Positions 28,456 to 35,514 of a stretch of 64,000 nt of DNA are shown here, piece after piece. A model generated the notes under the pieces. The model did no database searches, was not told where the DNA came from, and saw only the letters and a program-made list of their open reading frames with translations. The translations under genes were made by a program, and so were the position numbers. Numbering within the stretch: position 1 is the first letter of the stretch; each line of letters starts with the position of its first letter. Origin of the DNA: a phage; the sequence record PZ386975.1; one strand, written 5' to 3'.

Positions 28456-29871
28456 ATGAGCGAATTATTCAAACATGCGCACCTTCATGCAGGTCGAACT
28501 GAAAATGGTGCTGTAAACCATACTTCATCAATGTCTGCTCTTGTAGACTTTTACAAAGCTGCTGGTTCTAGCCGTAGCAATGTAGAAATCTTACCAGACT
28601 TGTTCTACAAAGCTTTGCATGAGGATGTTGATGTTGCAGTTCGTATTTTACTGCATATGCGAGATGTACGAGAAGGTATGGGTGAGCGTAAAGCTTTCCG
28701 AACTGTTTTACTTCAAGCGATTGAAGATAAGATTTTAGAGCCTACACAGGTTCTTCGCATTATGGATAAGATTGCAGAACTTGGTCGTTTTGATGACTTC
28801 AAAATCTTCGTAGGTACTCGTTTTGAGACAGATGCCTTCAAACATTTAGAAGCAGCATTACTAGACCCTGCAACAGCAGGTTTAGCAGCTAAGTGGTTGC
28901 CACGAGTAAAACCACGCCACAAACATTTTGTAAAACGTTTCTGTAAGTTTGCAAACTTAAGCGAGAAAGAGTACCGCACACTGTTATCTGCACTGTCTGA
29001 TACGGTTGAGCAAAAAATCTCTGCTAATGAGTTTGGTAAGATTGACTACAGCAAGATTCCTTCACTCGCTGCTGCACGTTACCAAAAACTCTTTAACCGT
29101 AAAGATGGAGAACGTTACAAAGCTTACATCGAATCACTCTCAAAGGGTGAGGCTAAGATTAACGCTGGTGCTGTTTACCCATACGATGTGATTAAGTCTA
29201 TCAAGCATGGTAATGCAGATGTTGCCAATGAGCAGTGGAAAGCACTACCAAACTGGATGGCAGAAGGTGAGAACATTCTGTGTATGACCGATGTTTCAAG
29301 CTCAATGTCTTGGGTGAATCTTGGTTCAATCACTGCCCTTGATATTGGTGTATCACTTGCCTTGTATGTAGCAGAACGCAATACTGGTTGTTTTAAGAAT
29401 GAGTTAATGGTTTACTCAACAAACCCTCACTTCATCGAACTGAGTGGTGATTTACGAAACCGTCATCGTCAGGTGATGCGTCATGTTGAATATGGCTCAA
29501 CTAACTTACAAGCAGCTTTTGACCGTATTCTTGAGATAGGTAAAAGAAACAACTTGACTCAGAAAGATATGCCAAGTAAGCTTATCATCTTCTCCGATAT
29601 GGAGTTCAATCAGGTTGATGGTGCTAACGGTCGTACAAACTTTGAAGCAATTCAGAGTAAGTACAAAAAAGCTGGATATGAGATGCCACAACTGGTATTC
29701 TGGTACTTAGCAAACCGTAATGGCACTTGCGAAGTATCTGTTAAGGATAACGGTGTAGCAATGGTATCTGGTTTCTCTCCAGCCACTTTAAAAGCTCTGC
29801 TTGGTGGTGAGAAGTTTGACCCAATCAGCGTAATGCTCAAAGCAGTAATGATTGACCGTTATATCTGGTAA
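28456..29871 (+). CDS. vWA-domain protein with helical N-terminal region (Ro60/TROVE-vWA-like architecture)
   Basis: MIDAS-like DxSxS motif (CMTDVSSSMS) at about aa 275; 471 aa; upstream of the tRNA/structured-RNA cluster. Confidence 0.5.
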   Translation: MSELFKHAHLHAGRTENGAVNHTSSMSALVDFYKAAGSSRSNVEILPDLFYKALHEDVDVAVRILLHMRDVREGMGERKAFRTVLLQAIEDKILEPTQVLRIMDKIAELGRFDDFKIFVGTRFETDAFKHLEAALLDPATAGLAAKWLPRVKPRHKHFVKRFCKFANLSEKEYRTLLSALSDTVEQKISANEFGKIDYSKIPSLAAARYQKLFNRKDGERYKAYIESLSKGEAKINAGAVYPYDVIKSIKHGNADVANEQWKALPNWMAEGENILCMTDVSSSMSWVNLGSITALDIGVSLALYVAERNTGCFKNELMVYSTNPHFIELSGDLRNRHRQVMRHVEYGSTNLQAAFDRILEIGKRNNLTQKDMPSKLIIFSDMEFNQVDGANGRTNFEAIQSKYKKAGYEMPQLVFWYLANRNGTCEVSVKDNGVAMVSGFSPATLKALLGGEKFDPISVMLKAVMIDRYIW

Positions 29872-29888
29872 AAAGTTTTAAAAAGGGT

Positions 29889-29917
29889 ATTGACAATGTG
29901 TTTGATACCCTTTAATA
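29889..29917 (+). promoter_or_regulatory. near-consensus sigma70-like promoter (TTGACA-17-TAATAT) embedded in a palindrome AAAGGGTAT..ATACCCTTT
   Basis: -35 at 29889-29894, -10 at 29912-29917; second candidate with TTGACA at 29981. Confidence 0.5.
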
Positions 29918-30036
29918 TGTTCTACATAGAAACGAAATGAGAGCTTTTCTAAGATACTGAAAAATATTTTAAAAAAGTTCTTGACAACCACTAAAAAATA
30001 ATGTTAAAGTGGTTACATAGAGTTTGAAAAGTTTAT

Positions 30037-30113
30037 CTCTGTTTAGCTCAGCTTGGTAGAGCGTTCCGTTTGGGGCGGTAAGGCCGGAGGTTCAAGTCCT
30101 CCAACAGAGACCA
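30037..30113 (+). tRNA. tRNA-Pro (anticodon UGG)
   Basis: acceptor CTCTGTT/AACAGAG, T-arm GGAGGTTCAAGTCCTCC, encoded CCA. Confidence 0.6.
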
Positions 30114-30130
30114 AATTTAAAGGGGTTACT

Positions 30131-30487
30131 ATGAGATTTTTAAAAGAATGTCCAGTTCATGGTTTAACTGAACATAGCATTCATAAGAATGGTAACGCCG
30201 GTAATAGAGTAAATTGTCTAAAATGTTGTGCATTAAGGACAAAACTTAGAGAGGATGCCAATAGGGAGAAAGCATACAAGTTTTATGGCGATAGTTGCAA
30301 AATTTGTGGCTATAATAAATGTAAAAATGCTTTAGAATGGCATCACCTTAACCCAAACGAAAAAGAGAATACACCATCAAAAATTATGGGTGCATCTTGG
30401 GAAAAGGTTAAAAAAGAACTTGATAAATGTGTTTTGCTCTGTGCTAATTGCCACAGAGAGGTTCATAGTGGAATTACAACGGTTTAA
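30131..30487 (+). CDS. HNH endonuclease
   Basis: Cys-rich Zn motifs (CLKCC, CKICG) and WHHLNPNEK...CANCHREVH HNH core; start moved to ATG 30131 because the track ORF overlaps tRNA-Pro. Confidence 0.75.
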   Translation: MRFLKECPVHGLTEHSIHKNGNAGNRVNCLKCCALRTKLREDANREKAYKFYGDSCKICGYNKCKNALEWHHLNPNEKENTPSKIMGASWEKVKKELDKCVLLCANCHREVHSGITTV

Positions 30488-30488
30488 T

Positions 30489-30563
30489 GTCGTAGAAGGC
30501 AAATGGTTAGCCACCTGACCTTCAATCAGTTGCTCGCAGGTTCGAATCCTGTCTACGACACCA
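30489..30563 (+). tRNA. tRNA, anticodon uncertain (loop CCTTCAA, possibly UUC/Glu)
   Basis: acceptor GTCGTAG/CTACGAC, T-arm GCAGGTTCGAATCCTGT, CCA. Confidence 0.45.
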
Positions 30564-30567
30564 GTTT

Positions 30568-30646
30568 TGACAGAAGACCAATTACAGCAAACTTAATCTT
30601 ATTCATCTGAAGGTAAATCGGACAAAGAAGAGATTTGGTCTGGTCA
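30568..30646 (+). ncRNA. structured RNA element Y1: conserved bulged helix (outer 4 bp TGAC/GTCA, internal loop AGA opposite G, inner AGACCAA/TTGGTCT)
   Basis: inverted repeat with covarying outer helix; shares motif CAGAAGACC..TACAGCAA with three paralogs. Confidence 0.4.
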
Positions 30647-30655
30647 TTAAGAATT

Positions 30656-30731
30656 GCGGGTATAGAGAAAGGGCGTCTCACATGTCTCATTAGCATGGTA
30701 TCGGCAGGTTCGACTCCTGCACCCGCCTCCA
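30656..30731 (+). tRNA. tRNA with anticodon CAU (Met or Ile2)
   Basis: anticodon stem CATGT/GCATG with loop CTCATTA; T-arm GCAGGTTCGACTCCTGC; acceptor has one mismatch. Confidence 0.45.
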
Positions 30732-30734
30732 ATT

Positions 30735-30800
30735 TTGCAGAAGACCGTATTCAGCAACAAACTACTTTTTGCGGATAAAAGAAAAAACACGGTCTGGCAA
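30735..30800 (+). ncRNA. structured RNA element Y2 (outer TTGC/GCAA, inner AGACCGT/ACGGTCT)
   Basis: same bulged-helix architecture as Y1 with compensatory changes. Confidence 0.4.
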
Positions 30801-30808
30801 TGTATTAA

Positions 30809-30885
30809 GGTTAGGAAGCACATAAGGTATGTGCGGTCGCCTGTTAAGCGAATGGCACAGGGTTCGAATCCCTGACTAACCGCCA
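30809..30885 (+). tRNA. tRNA-Asn (GUU)
   Basis: anticodon loop CTGTTAA, T-arm CAGGGTTCGAATCCCTG, G73, CCA. Confidence 0.55.
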
Positions 30886-30954
30886 AATTTAGGAGAGAAG
30901 CGATTGCTCACCGATTTGTAAGGTGCAAGTCCTTAGCCTGAATAGAAATTAAAT

Positions 30955-31042
30955 GTGTCGTTATCCCGTAGATGGTAGCGGTGGGGACTGTAAATCCCTT
31001 GTCATTGAGACTCGGTAGGTTCGACTCCTACACGGCACACCA
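30955..31042 (+). tRNA. tRNA-Tyr (GUA), long variable arm
   Basis: anticodon arm GGGGACTGTAAATCCCT; 88 nt; acceptor GTGTCGT/ACGGCAC. Confidence 0.6.
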
Positions 31043-31047
31043 ATAAA

Positions 31048-31125
31048 GGTTATGTAGTTTAATTTGGTTAAAATACTCCCCTGTCACGGGAGATGATGAG
31101 GGTTCAAATCCCTTCGTAACCGCCA
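31048..31125 (+). tRNA. tRNA-Asp (GUC)
   Basis: anticodon stem CTCCC/GGGAG with loop CTGTCAC; CCA. Confidence 0.6.
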
Positions 31126-31151
31126 ATTTTGAGAGGGCTATTTAGCCCCTC

Positions 31152-31186
31152 CCTTAAAGGGTTCTTACGAGTATCCTTTAAAGGAG
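31152..31186 (+). repeat. conserved palindromic hairpin CCTTAAAGGGTTCTTACGAGTATCCTTTAAAGG
   Basis: related copies at 34182-34208 and 32003-32030. Confidence 0.5.
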
Positions 31187-31265
31187 CAGAAGACCAAATA
31201 CAGCAAGAACGTATGAAAATTTCAAGCCAATTTAATTTTGAAAAATTTAAAACTTGGTCTGGCTC
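31184..31265 (+). ncRNA. structured RNA element Y3 (outer GAGC/GCTC, inner AGACCAA/TTGGTCT)
   Basis: same bulged-helix architecture. Confidence 0.4.
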
Positions 31266-31272
31266 AACAAAT

Positions 31273-31409
31273 TTACAGAAGACCGTTTACAGCAAAACTT
31301 AAACAATCTATTTCTCGGTAAAGAAAAGGCGAAGGTTCGATTCCTTCACTCGGCAGATGTCGAGTTGGTGTAATGGTAGCACTTAAGATGATAAACAACG
31401 GTCTGGTAA
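31273..31409 (+). ncRNA. structured RNA element Y4 (outer TTAC/GTAA, inner AGACCGTT/AACGGTCT) enclosing a circularly permuted tRNA-like module; Y-RNA/YrlA-like candidate
   Basis: T-arm GAAGGTTCGATTCCTTC (31331-31347), then 3' acceptor strand ACTCGGC, 5-nt linker, 5' acceptor strand GTCGAGT and D-arm TGGTGTAATGGTAGCAC. Confidence 0.45.
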
Positions 31410-31553
31410 TTATCTTTGTAGATAAGTTATTAAGCTTACCTGTGAGTATGCGACCACAAAGGGTGAAAGGGTAAATTCTAGATTTAAACCCAAAAAGGCA
31501 CATCGCTACAGACCTTAAGCAAGTCTGGGTAGCTTATCTACAAAGATAATTTA
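31405..31553 (+). repeat. 19-bp perfect inverted repeat TAATTATCTTTGTAGATAAG / CTTATCTACAAAGATAATT flanking about 108 nt
   Basis: arms at about 31405-31425 and 31534-31553, between Y4 and tRNA-Lys. Confidence 0.55.
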
Positions 31554-31555
31554 AT

Positions 31556-31631
31556 GGAAGTGTAGCAGAATGGTGATGCGGCAGACTTTTAATCTGACAG
31601 GCGATGGGTTCGAATCCCTCCACTTCTACCA
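31556..31631 (+). tRNA. tRNA-Lys (UUU)
   Basis: anticodon loop CTTTTAA; acceptor GGAAGTG/CACTTCT; paralog of tRNA at 32785. Confidence 0.5.
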
Positions 31632-31635
31632 AAAT

Positions 31636-31712
31636 GGTTCAGTCGCAGATAAGGTAATTCAAGGGTCTCATAAGACCTATGAATGTGGGTTCGATTCCCA
31701 TCTGAACCTCCA
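31636..31712 (+). tRNA. tRNA with anticodon CAU (Met or Ile2)
   Basis: acceptor GGTTCAG/CTGAACC, loop CTCATAA, T-arm GTGGGTTCGATTCCCAT. Confidence 0.5.
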
Positions 31713-31714
31713 AT

Positions 31715-31789
31715 TGTGGGTTAGCATAAATGGTAATGCAAACGGCTGATAACCGTTAGAAGAGGGTTCGATACCCTCACCTACAACCA
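31715..31789 (+). tRNA. tRNA-Ile (GAU)
   Basis: D-stem GCAT/ATGC, anticodon stem AACGG/CCGTT with loop CTGATAA. Confidence 0.6.
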
Positions 31790-31804
31790 ATTTCAATAAA
31801 GTTG

Positions 31805-31833
31805 TTGACATTGAGATGTGACTACTTTATAGT
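31805..31833 (+). promoter_or_regulatory. sigma70-like promoter TTGACA-17-TATAGT inside the tRNA cluster
   Basis: -35 at 31805-31810, -10 at 31828-31833. Confidence 0.5.
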
Positions 31834-32036
31834 AACCTTAGTTTTCGTTGCGTAGCGTCTATTTTGCAAATTTAAAATAAATGCAAACGACAATGTTTTT
31901 CTGGCAGTAGCTTGATAGGCTAAACACCAGTGAGGTCTTCCAATCCCTCATCAAAGAATTTGGCGTACTAGCCCACGGTATGATTAATAAAGTGGGCATC
32001 TTTAAGGGCTTTCTAAGAGAGTCTTTAAAGATTAAT

Positions 32037-32113
32037 GCACCCTTAGTTCAATTGGATAGAGCAACGGTCTTCTAAATCGTTAGTTACAGGTTCGAATCCT
32101 GTAGGGTGTACCA
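32037..32113 (+). tRNA. tRNA-Arg (UCU)
   Basis: anticodon loop CTTCTAA, T-arm ACAGGTTCGAATCCTGT. Confidence 0.6.
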
Positions 32114-32256
32114 ATTTAGTTAGCAGAATACTTAGACGACCTAAGCGGGTCTTCCTGTAGGGAGGTGGTCTGTATCTCATGTTTTCCAGAACATGTAAAT
32201 AATCTGAGAAGGGGCTTTACAGTGTTGAGATAATACGGTAAGCTTCGAATTATAGT

Positions 32257-32339
32257 ATGGGACGATGTTAAGACTCTAAGGCATGAGCAACGGATTCCAA
32301 CACCGTTTCAAAGGGGTTCAACTCCTCCGTCCCATGCCA
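32257..32339 (+). tRNA. atypical tRNA (83 nt, enlarged D region), anticodon possibly CCA (Trp)
   Basis: acceptor ATGGGAC/GTCCCAT perfect; anticodon region AACGG-ATTCCAACA-CCGTT. Confidence 0.4.
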
Positions 32340-32352
32340 AAGTCTTATTAGG

Positions 32353-32442
32353 GGTAGGTAGCGGCTAATGGTAGCCAAACTGTCTTGAAAACAGTTGCCA
32401 CTGTAGAGATACGGTGAGGGTTCGACTCCTTTACTTACCGCC
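32353..32442 (+). tRNA. tRNA-Ser (UGA), long variable arm
   Basis: anticodon stem ACTGT/ACAGT with loop CTTGAAA; 90 nt. Confidence 0.55.
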
Positions 32443-32698
32443 TAATAAGATTTTAAAGCCAAGCTTCATTCGGATGTTGCTTTGGTATCCCTCGTGTATT
32501 GTCGTACACACAGATAAAGCACCTAGTAGGTGTCACGGAGAAGAGATAATATCAAGCTCTCCAAAGGTTCTAGTCACCGGATTAAACAAGACTATGCAAA
32601 GACCTTTTTAGGTCTTTTTAGAGGGCTTCTAAGGTTATTACAGCTTGTTGTGGAACCTTGTTGCTTAGGTTCTTAGAAGTTCTCTAAAAAGATTTAAT

Positions 32699-32777
32699 GG
32701 GAGATTGACGGCAACTTGGTAGACCTATCTCGCTTAGAACGAGATGCTTGAGGGTTCGAATCCCTTGTCTCCTACCA
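32699..32777 (+). tRNA. tRNA with anticodon UAG (Leu-type) but short variable arm
   Basis: anticodon stem TCTCG/CGAGA with loop CTTAGAA; T-arm GAGGGTTCGAATCCCTT. Confidence 0.45.
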
Positions 32778-32784
32778 AATTAAT

Positions 32785-32860
32785 GCAGGTGTAGCAAAAT
32801 GGTTATGCGGCTGACTCTTAATCAGTAAGACGATGGGTTCAATTCCCTCCACCTGTACCA
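32785..32860 (+). tRNA. tRNA-Lys (CUU)
   Basis: anticodon loop CTCTTAA; paralog of 31556. Confidence 0.5.
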
Positions 32861-32866
32861 GACATT

Positions 32867-32943
32867 GGGGATGTAGTTTACATGGTTAAAACATAAGTTT
32901 TGCAAACTTAAGTACAGGGTTCAATTCCCTGCTTCTCCACCAA
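32867..32943 (+). tRNA. tRNA-Ala (UGC)
   Basis: D-stem GTTT/AAAC, anticodon stem TAAGT/ACTTA with loop TTTGCAA. Confidence 0.55.
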
Positions 32944-32949
32944 TTAGTG

Positions 32950-33023
32950 CATCCATAGTTTAAACGGGAAAATTACAGTCTTCCAAACTGAGGTTGAGGG
33001 TTCGATTCCCTCTGGATGCTCCA
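32950..33023 (+). tRNA. tRNA-Gly (UCC)
   Basis: acceptor GCATCCA/TGGATGC perfect; loop CTTCCAA. Confidence 0.55.
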
Positions 33024-33029
33024 AACAAT

Positions 33030-33106
33030 GCTGCTTTCGTATAATTGGCTATTACACATCCCTTGTAAGGATGGAAATGCAGGTTCGAGTCCTGTGAGCA
33101 GCACCA
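33030..33106 (+). tRNA. tRNA-Thr (UGU)
   Basis: anticodon stem CATCC/GGATG with loop CTTGTAA. Confidence 0.6.
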
Positions 33107-33109
33107 ATT

Positions 33110-33170
33110 CAGAGGTCAAGTGAAAGACCGCTGGTGTCAACTGAAGACCGTAACAAATTCCACGGAGTTG
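33110..33170 (+). ncRNA. fifth, more divergent stem-loop element containing the GAAGACCGT motif
   Basis: outer inverted repeat AGAGGTC/GACCTCT enclosing ..CTGAAGACCGTAACAAA.. Confidence 0.3.
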
Positions 33171-33201
33171 AGTTAGCGGCACAACTTCAGACCTCTTTCA
33201 T

Positions 33202-33276
33202 ACTCGCTTAGTTTATATGGTAAAACACCACCCTTACAAGATGAAGAAAAAGGTTCAAGTTCTTTAGTGAGTACCA
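33202..33276 (+). tRNA. tRNA, anticodon uncertain (loop CTTACAA, possibly UAC/Val)
   Basis: acceptor ACTCGCT/AGTGAGT, D-stem GTTT/AAAC; weak anticodon stem. Confidence 0.4.
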
Positions 33277-33277
33277 T

Positions 33278-33355
33278 GTTCCAGTATCCCAATTGGCAGA
33301 GGATGCAAGCTCAAACCTTGTACTAGTGACGGTTCGAATCCGTCTTGGAACACCA
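33278..33355 (+). tRNA. tRNA with anticodon CAA (Leu-type) but short variable arm
   Basis: anticodon stem GCAAG/CTTGT with loop CTCAAAC; T-arm GACGGTTCGAATCCGTC. Confidence 0.45.
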
Positions 33356-33374
33356 ATTTTAAGAGGCTATTTAG

Positions 33375-33932
33375 ATGAGATACTTAAAGTATGCTTCATG
33401 GATTTTCTTAGCTTTGTTAGAGCCATTTGCAGCAATCTTAGCAGTTATCTTAGCACCTTTTGTAGTTCCATTCTACAGTGAGAAGAAAGGACACTTACCT
33501 TTCGGGTTCAGATGGATGGAGACATATGACAACCCAATTGATGGTGATGAAGGTCACGTTAAAAGATGGGCTAATATTAGATGGATTGGTAAGCTGGGTG
33601 TCTACATGCAGAGAGTTGGATGGCTCTGGAGAAACAAAGCTTATAATTTCTCTTACCATGTATTAGGAAGAGATGTAAAAGATGTTACTAAGTGGAAAGG
33701 TAATATCAACGTAAGTTCTGACCCTGAAGATAATCAGACTGGTTATCTCCTAATGTGGAACAGTAATGCTTGGGGATTATTCGCTTTTATTCCGTCAATT
33801 AAAATCTTTGGTAAACAGTTTTACTGGAGAATTTATGTTGGATGGAAACTAAAAAGTGTTGTCCCAGAAGAAAGAGCATTCTCAAGGGAAAGAGTTATGT
33901 TGGCATTCTTTATTCATCCGCTGAGAAAGTAA
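33375..33932 (+). CDS. hypothetical integral membrane protein (185 aa) embedded in the tRNA cluster
   Basis: RBS AAGAGG; N-terminal hydrophobic helices; Trp-rich. Confidence 0.55.
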   Translation: MRYLKYASWIFLALLEPFAAILAVILAPFVVPFYSEKKGHLPFGFRWMETYDNPIDGDEGHVKRWANIRWIGKLGVYMQRVGWLWRNKAYNFSYHVLGRDVKDVTKWKGNINVSSDPEDNQTGYLLMWNSNAWGLFAFIPSIKIFGKQFYWRIYVGWKLKSVVPEERAFSRERVMLAFFIHPLRK

Positions 33933-33940
33933 AGATTTAA

Positions 33941-34016
33941 AGGGGATTAGTTTACAAGGTTAAAACCTCGGTCTTTGAAATCGAAGAAGTTGGTTCAATT
34001 CCAACATCCCCCGCCA
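33941..34016 (+). tRNA. tRNA-Gln (UUG)
   Basis: anticodon loop CTTTGAA; weak 1-72 pair. Confidence 0.55.
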
Positions 34017-34018
34017 AT

Positions 34019-34096
34019 GCTCCATTACTCCAATTGGCAGAGAGGCCAGACTTAAAATCTGTGTTATGTATCGGTTCGAATCCGATATGGAGTACC
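34019..34096 (+). tRNA. tRNA with anticodon UAA (Leu-type) but short variable arm
   Basis: anticodon loop CTTAAAA; T-arm ATCGGTTCGAATCCGAT. Confidence 0.45.
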
Positions 34097-34101
34097 AATT
34101 T

Positions 34102-34177
34102 TAGCGGTATAGCATAACTGGCAATGCAACAGTCTCTGAAGCTGTCCTATTAAGGTTCAAATCCTTATGCCGCTGCC
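34102..34177 (+). tRNA. tRNA-Gln (CUG)
   Basis: D-stem GCAT/ATGC, anticodon stem ACAGT/GCTGT with loop CTCTGAA. Confidence 0.55.
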
Positions 34178-34209
34178 ACTTCTAAGGATTCTTACGAGAG
34201 TCCTTAAAT

Positions 34210-34285
34210 GTGGCCTTATCATAAATGGTAATGACCCATGCTGTGAACATGGTCTATACGGGTTCGACTCCCGTAGGTCACCCCA
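34210..34285 (+). tRNA. tRNA-His (GUG)
   Basis: anticodon stem CCATG/CATGG with loop CTGTGAA; discriminator C73. Confidence 0.6.
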
Positions 34286-34291
34286 ATTTAT

Positions 34292-34367
34292 AGTCCAAGT
34301 AGCTTATATGGTTAAAGCGCGTGTCTGAAAAACATGAGAAGAGGGTTCAAATCCCACTGGACTACCA
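34292..34367 (+). tRNA. tRNA-Phe (GAA)
   Basis: D-stem GCTT/AAGC, anticodon loop CTGAAAA; acceptor boundaries approximate. Confidence 0.5.
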
Positions 34368-34383
34368 ATTTCAAAGGTGCTTA

Positions 34384-35118
34384 ATGAAAGAGATGACAGA
34401 ACAAGGTAAGGAGATTTTTAATCTCTTAAAAACCGGTAAAGGGTTTTCTAACCCACTTATTACTGGTGCAGCAGTTCTCGGTGGAACCGTAGCTGCCTCT
34501 ACATCACTTGTAAGCTCCATTAGCTCTGTAACAGACCCTACAATGAAGGAGAAGCTTGTTGCTGCTGGACTTACAACAGTCCTTCTAAACAGCTTTACAA
34601 CAAGCCTGACAAGCACTACAGCAACTACTAAGACCCTAACAGACTATGGTCAAAAGTCTATTGATGAGTTTTCATCACGTATGCAGGTAGCAAAGGGGTA
34701 TTCCAATGTTATGGGTGCAGCAGGAGAACAAGTTGGTTGTACACCATTCAGTGGTATTATGGGTGTTGCTACAGAGTATGGTCAAAAAGCTATTGACATG
34801 ATGAACAGTACACTAGATAGTGTTAACGGTGTGTTAAGTGACTTACAAGACGCTATTGATAAGGGTCTTGCTACTGTTTCTGATTTAGCTAATCAGGCTG
34901 TTAGTAAGATTAATGAAGGTATCTCAAAGATTACAGCTTATGCAGATGAAGTTGTGCAGATGATTGAAGAAGAAGCTGCCCTTATTGCAGAGTACCTTAA
35001 AACGAATATCAATGGGTTCTTAGCAGGTATCTTACCAGACTGGTTTGATGATGCTTGTAAAACTGGTGTAATCGACACTATTGCAACACCAGAAATGAAG
35101 AACGCATTACAGAAATAA
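34384..35118 (+). CDS. hypothetical Ser/Thr/Ala-rich protein (244 aa)
   Basis: start moved to ATG 34384 (RBS AGGTG) because the track ORF start overlaps tRNA-Phe. Confidence 0.5.
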   Translation: MKEMTEQGKEIFNLLKTGKGFSNPLITGAAVLGGTVAASTSLVSSISSVTDPTMKEKLVAAGLTTVLLNSFTTSLTSTTATTKTLTDYGQKSIDEFSSRMQVAKGYSNVMGAAGEQVGCTPFSGIMGVATEYGQKAIDMMNSTLDSVNGVLSDLQDAIDKGLATVSDLANQAVSKINEGISKITAYADEVVQMIEEEAALIAEYLKTNINGFLAGILPDWFDDACKTGVIDTIATPEMKNALQK

Positions 35119-35119
35119 T

Positions 35120-35212
35120 GGAAGATTAACCCTAAAAGGTAAGGGAGCAGTTTGCTAAACTGCCAGTAGCTGAGAAATCGGTGTACCAGTTCAAGTCTGG
35201 TATCTTCCTCCA
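35120..35212 (+). tRNA. tRNA-Ser (GCU), long variable arm
   Basis: acceptor GGAAGAT/ATCTTCC, anticodon stem GCAGT/ACTGC with loop TTGCTAA; 93 nt. Confidence 0.6.
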
Positions 35213-35216
35213 ATTT

Positions 35217-35292
35217 GAATCCGTGACAGAAATGGATATGTGCCTGTCTGCAAAACAGGTTTATAAGGGTTCAAGTCCCTTCGGATTCTCCA
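35217..35292 (+). tRNA. tRNA-Cys (GCA)
   Basis: acceptor GAATCCG/CGGATTC perfect, anticodon stem CCTGT/ACAGG with loop CTGCAAA, U73, CCA. Confidence 0.65.
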
Positions 35293-35514
35293 AGTTATTT
35301 TACTCTCTCTCAATTAAAATAATAATAATGCCCTGCTATAAGTATTCTTCCTTTCGCTACCGAAGAGTATTTTTAGACAGGGCTTTTTTACAGAGTTATA
35401 CTTTATAGGAAGACTTATACAGTATGTCTCTGACGTACATTGTGGTTTCTCCTTGACGGTCTCTGTGCCGTCTTTTTTAAGGGGAAACAAGATTTATTAT
35501 TTGGAGAAAACATA

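Noticed and set aside
31331-31385. Ordinary tRNA gene or tRNA pseudogene at the T-arm
   Set aside because: No complementary 5' acceptor strand exists upstream at the expected distance; the complement lies immediately downstream, so a standard tRNA cannot be drawn. A permuted tRNA-like module is the better reading, though a degenerate pseudogene is not fully excluded.
30647-33481. Track ORFs overlapping the tRNA cluster (30647..30886, 31273..31503, 32973..33182 minus; 32414..32611, 33293..33481 plus)
   Set aside because: Each overlaps one or more well-formed tRNA or structured-RNA elements and lacks an RBS; the tRNA interpretation explains the sequence better.
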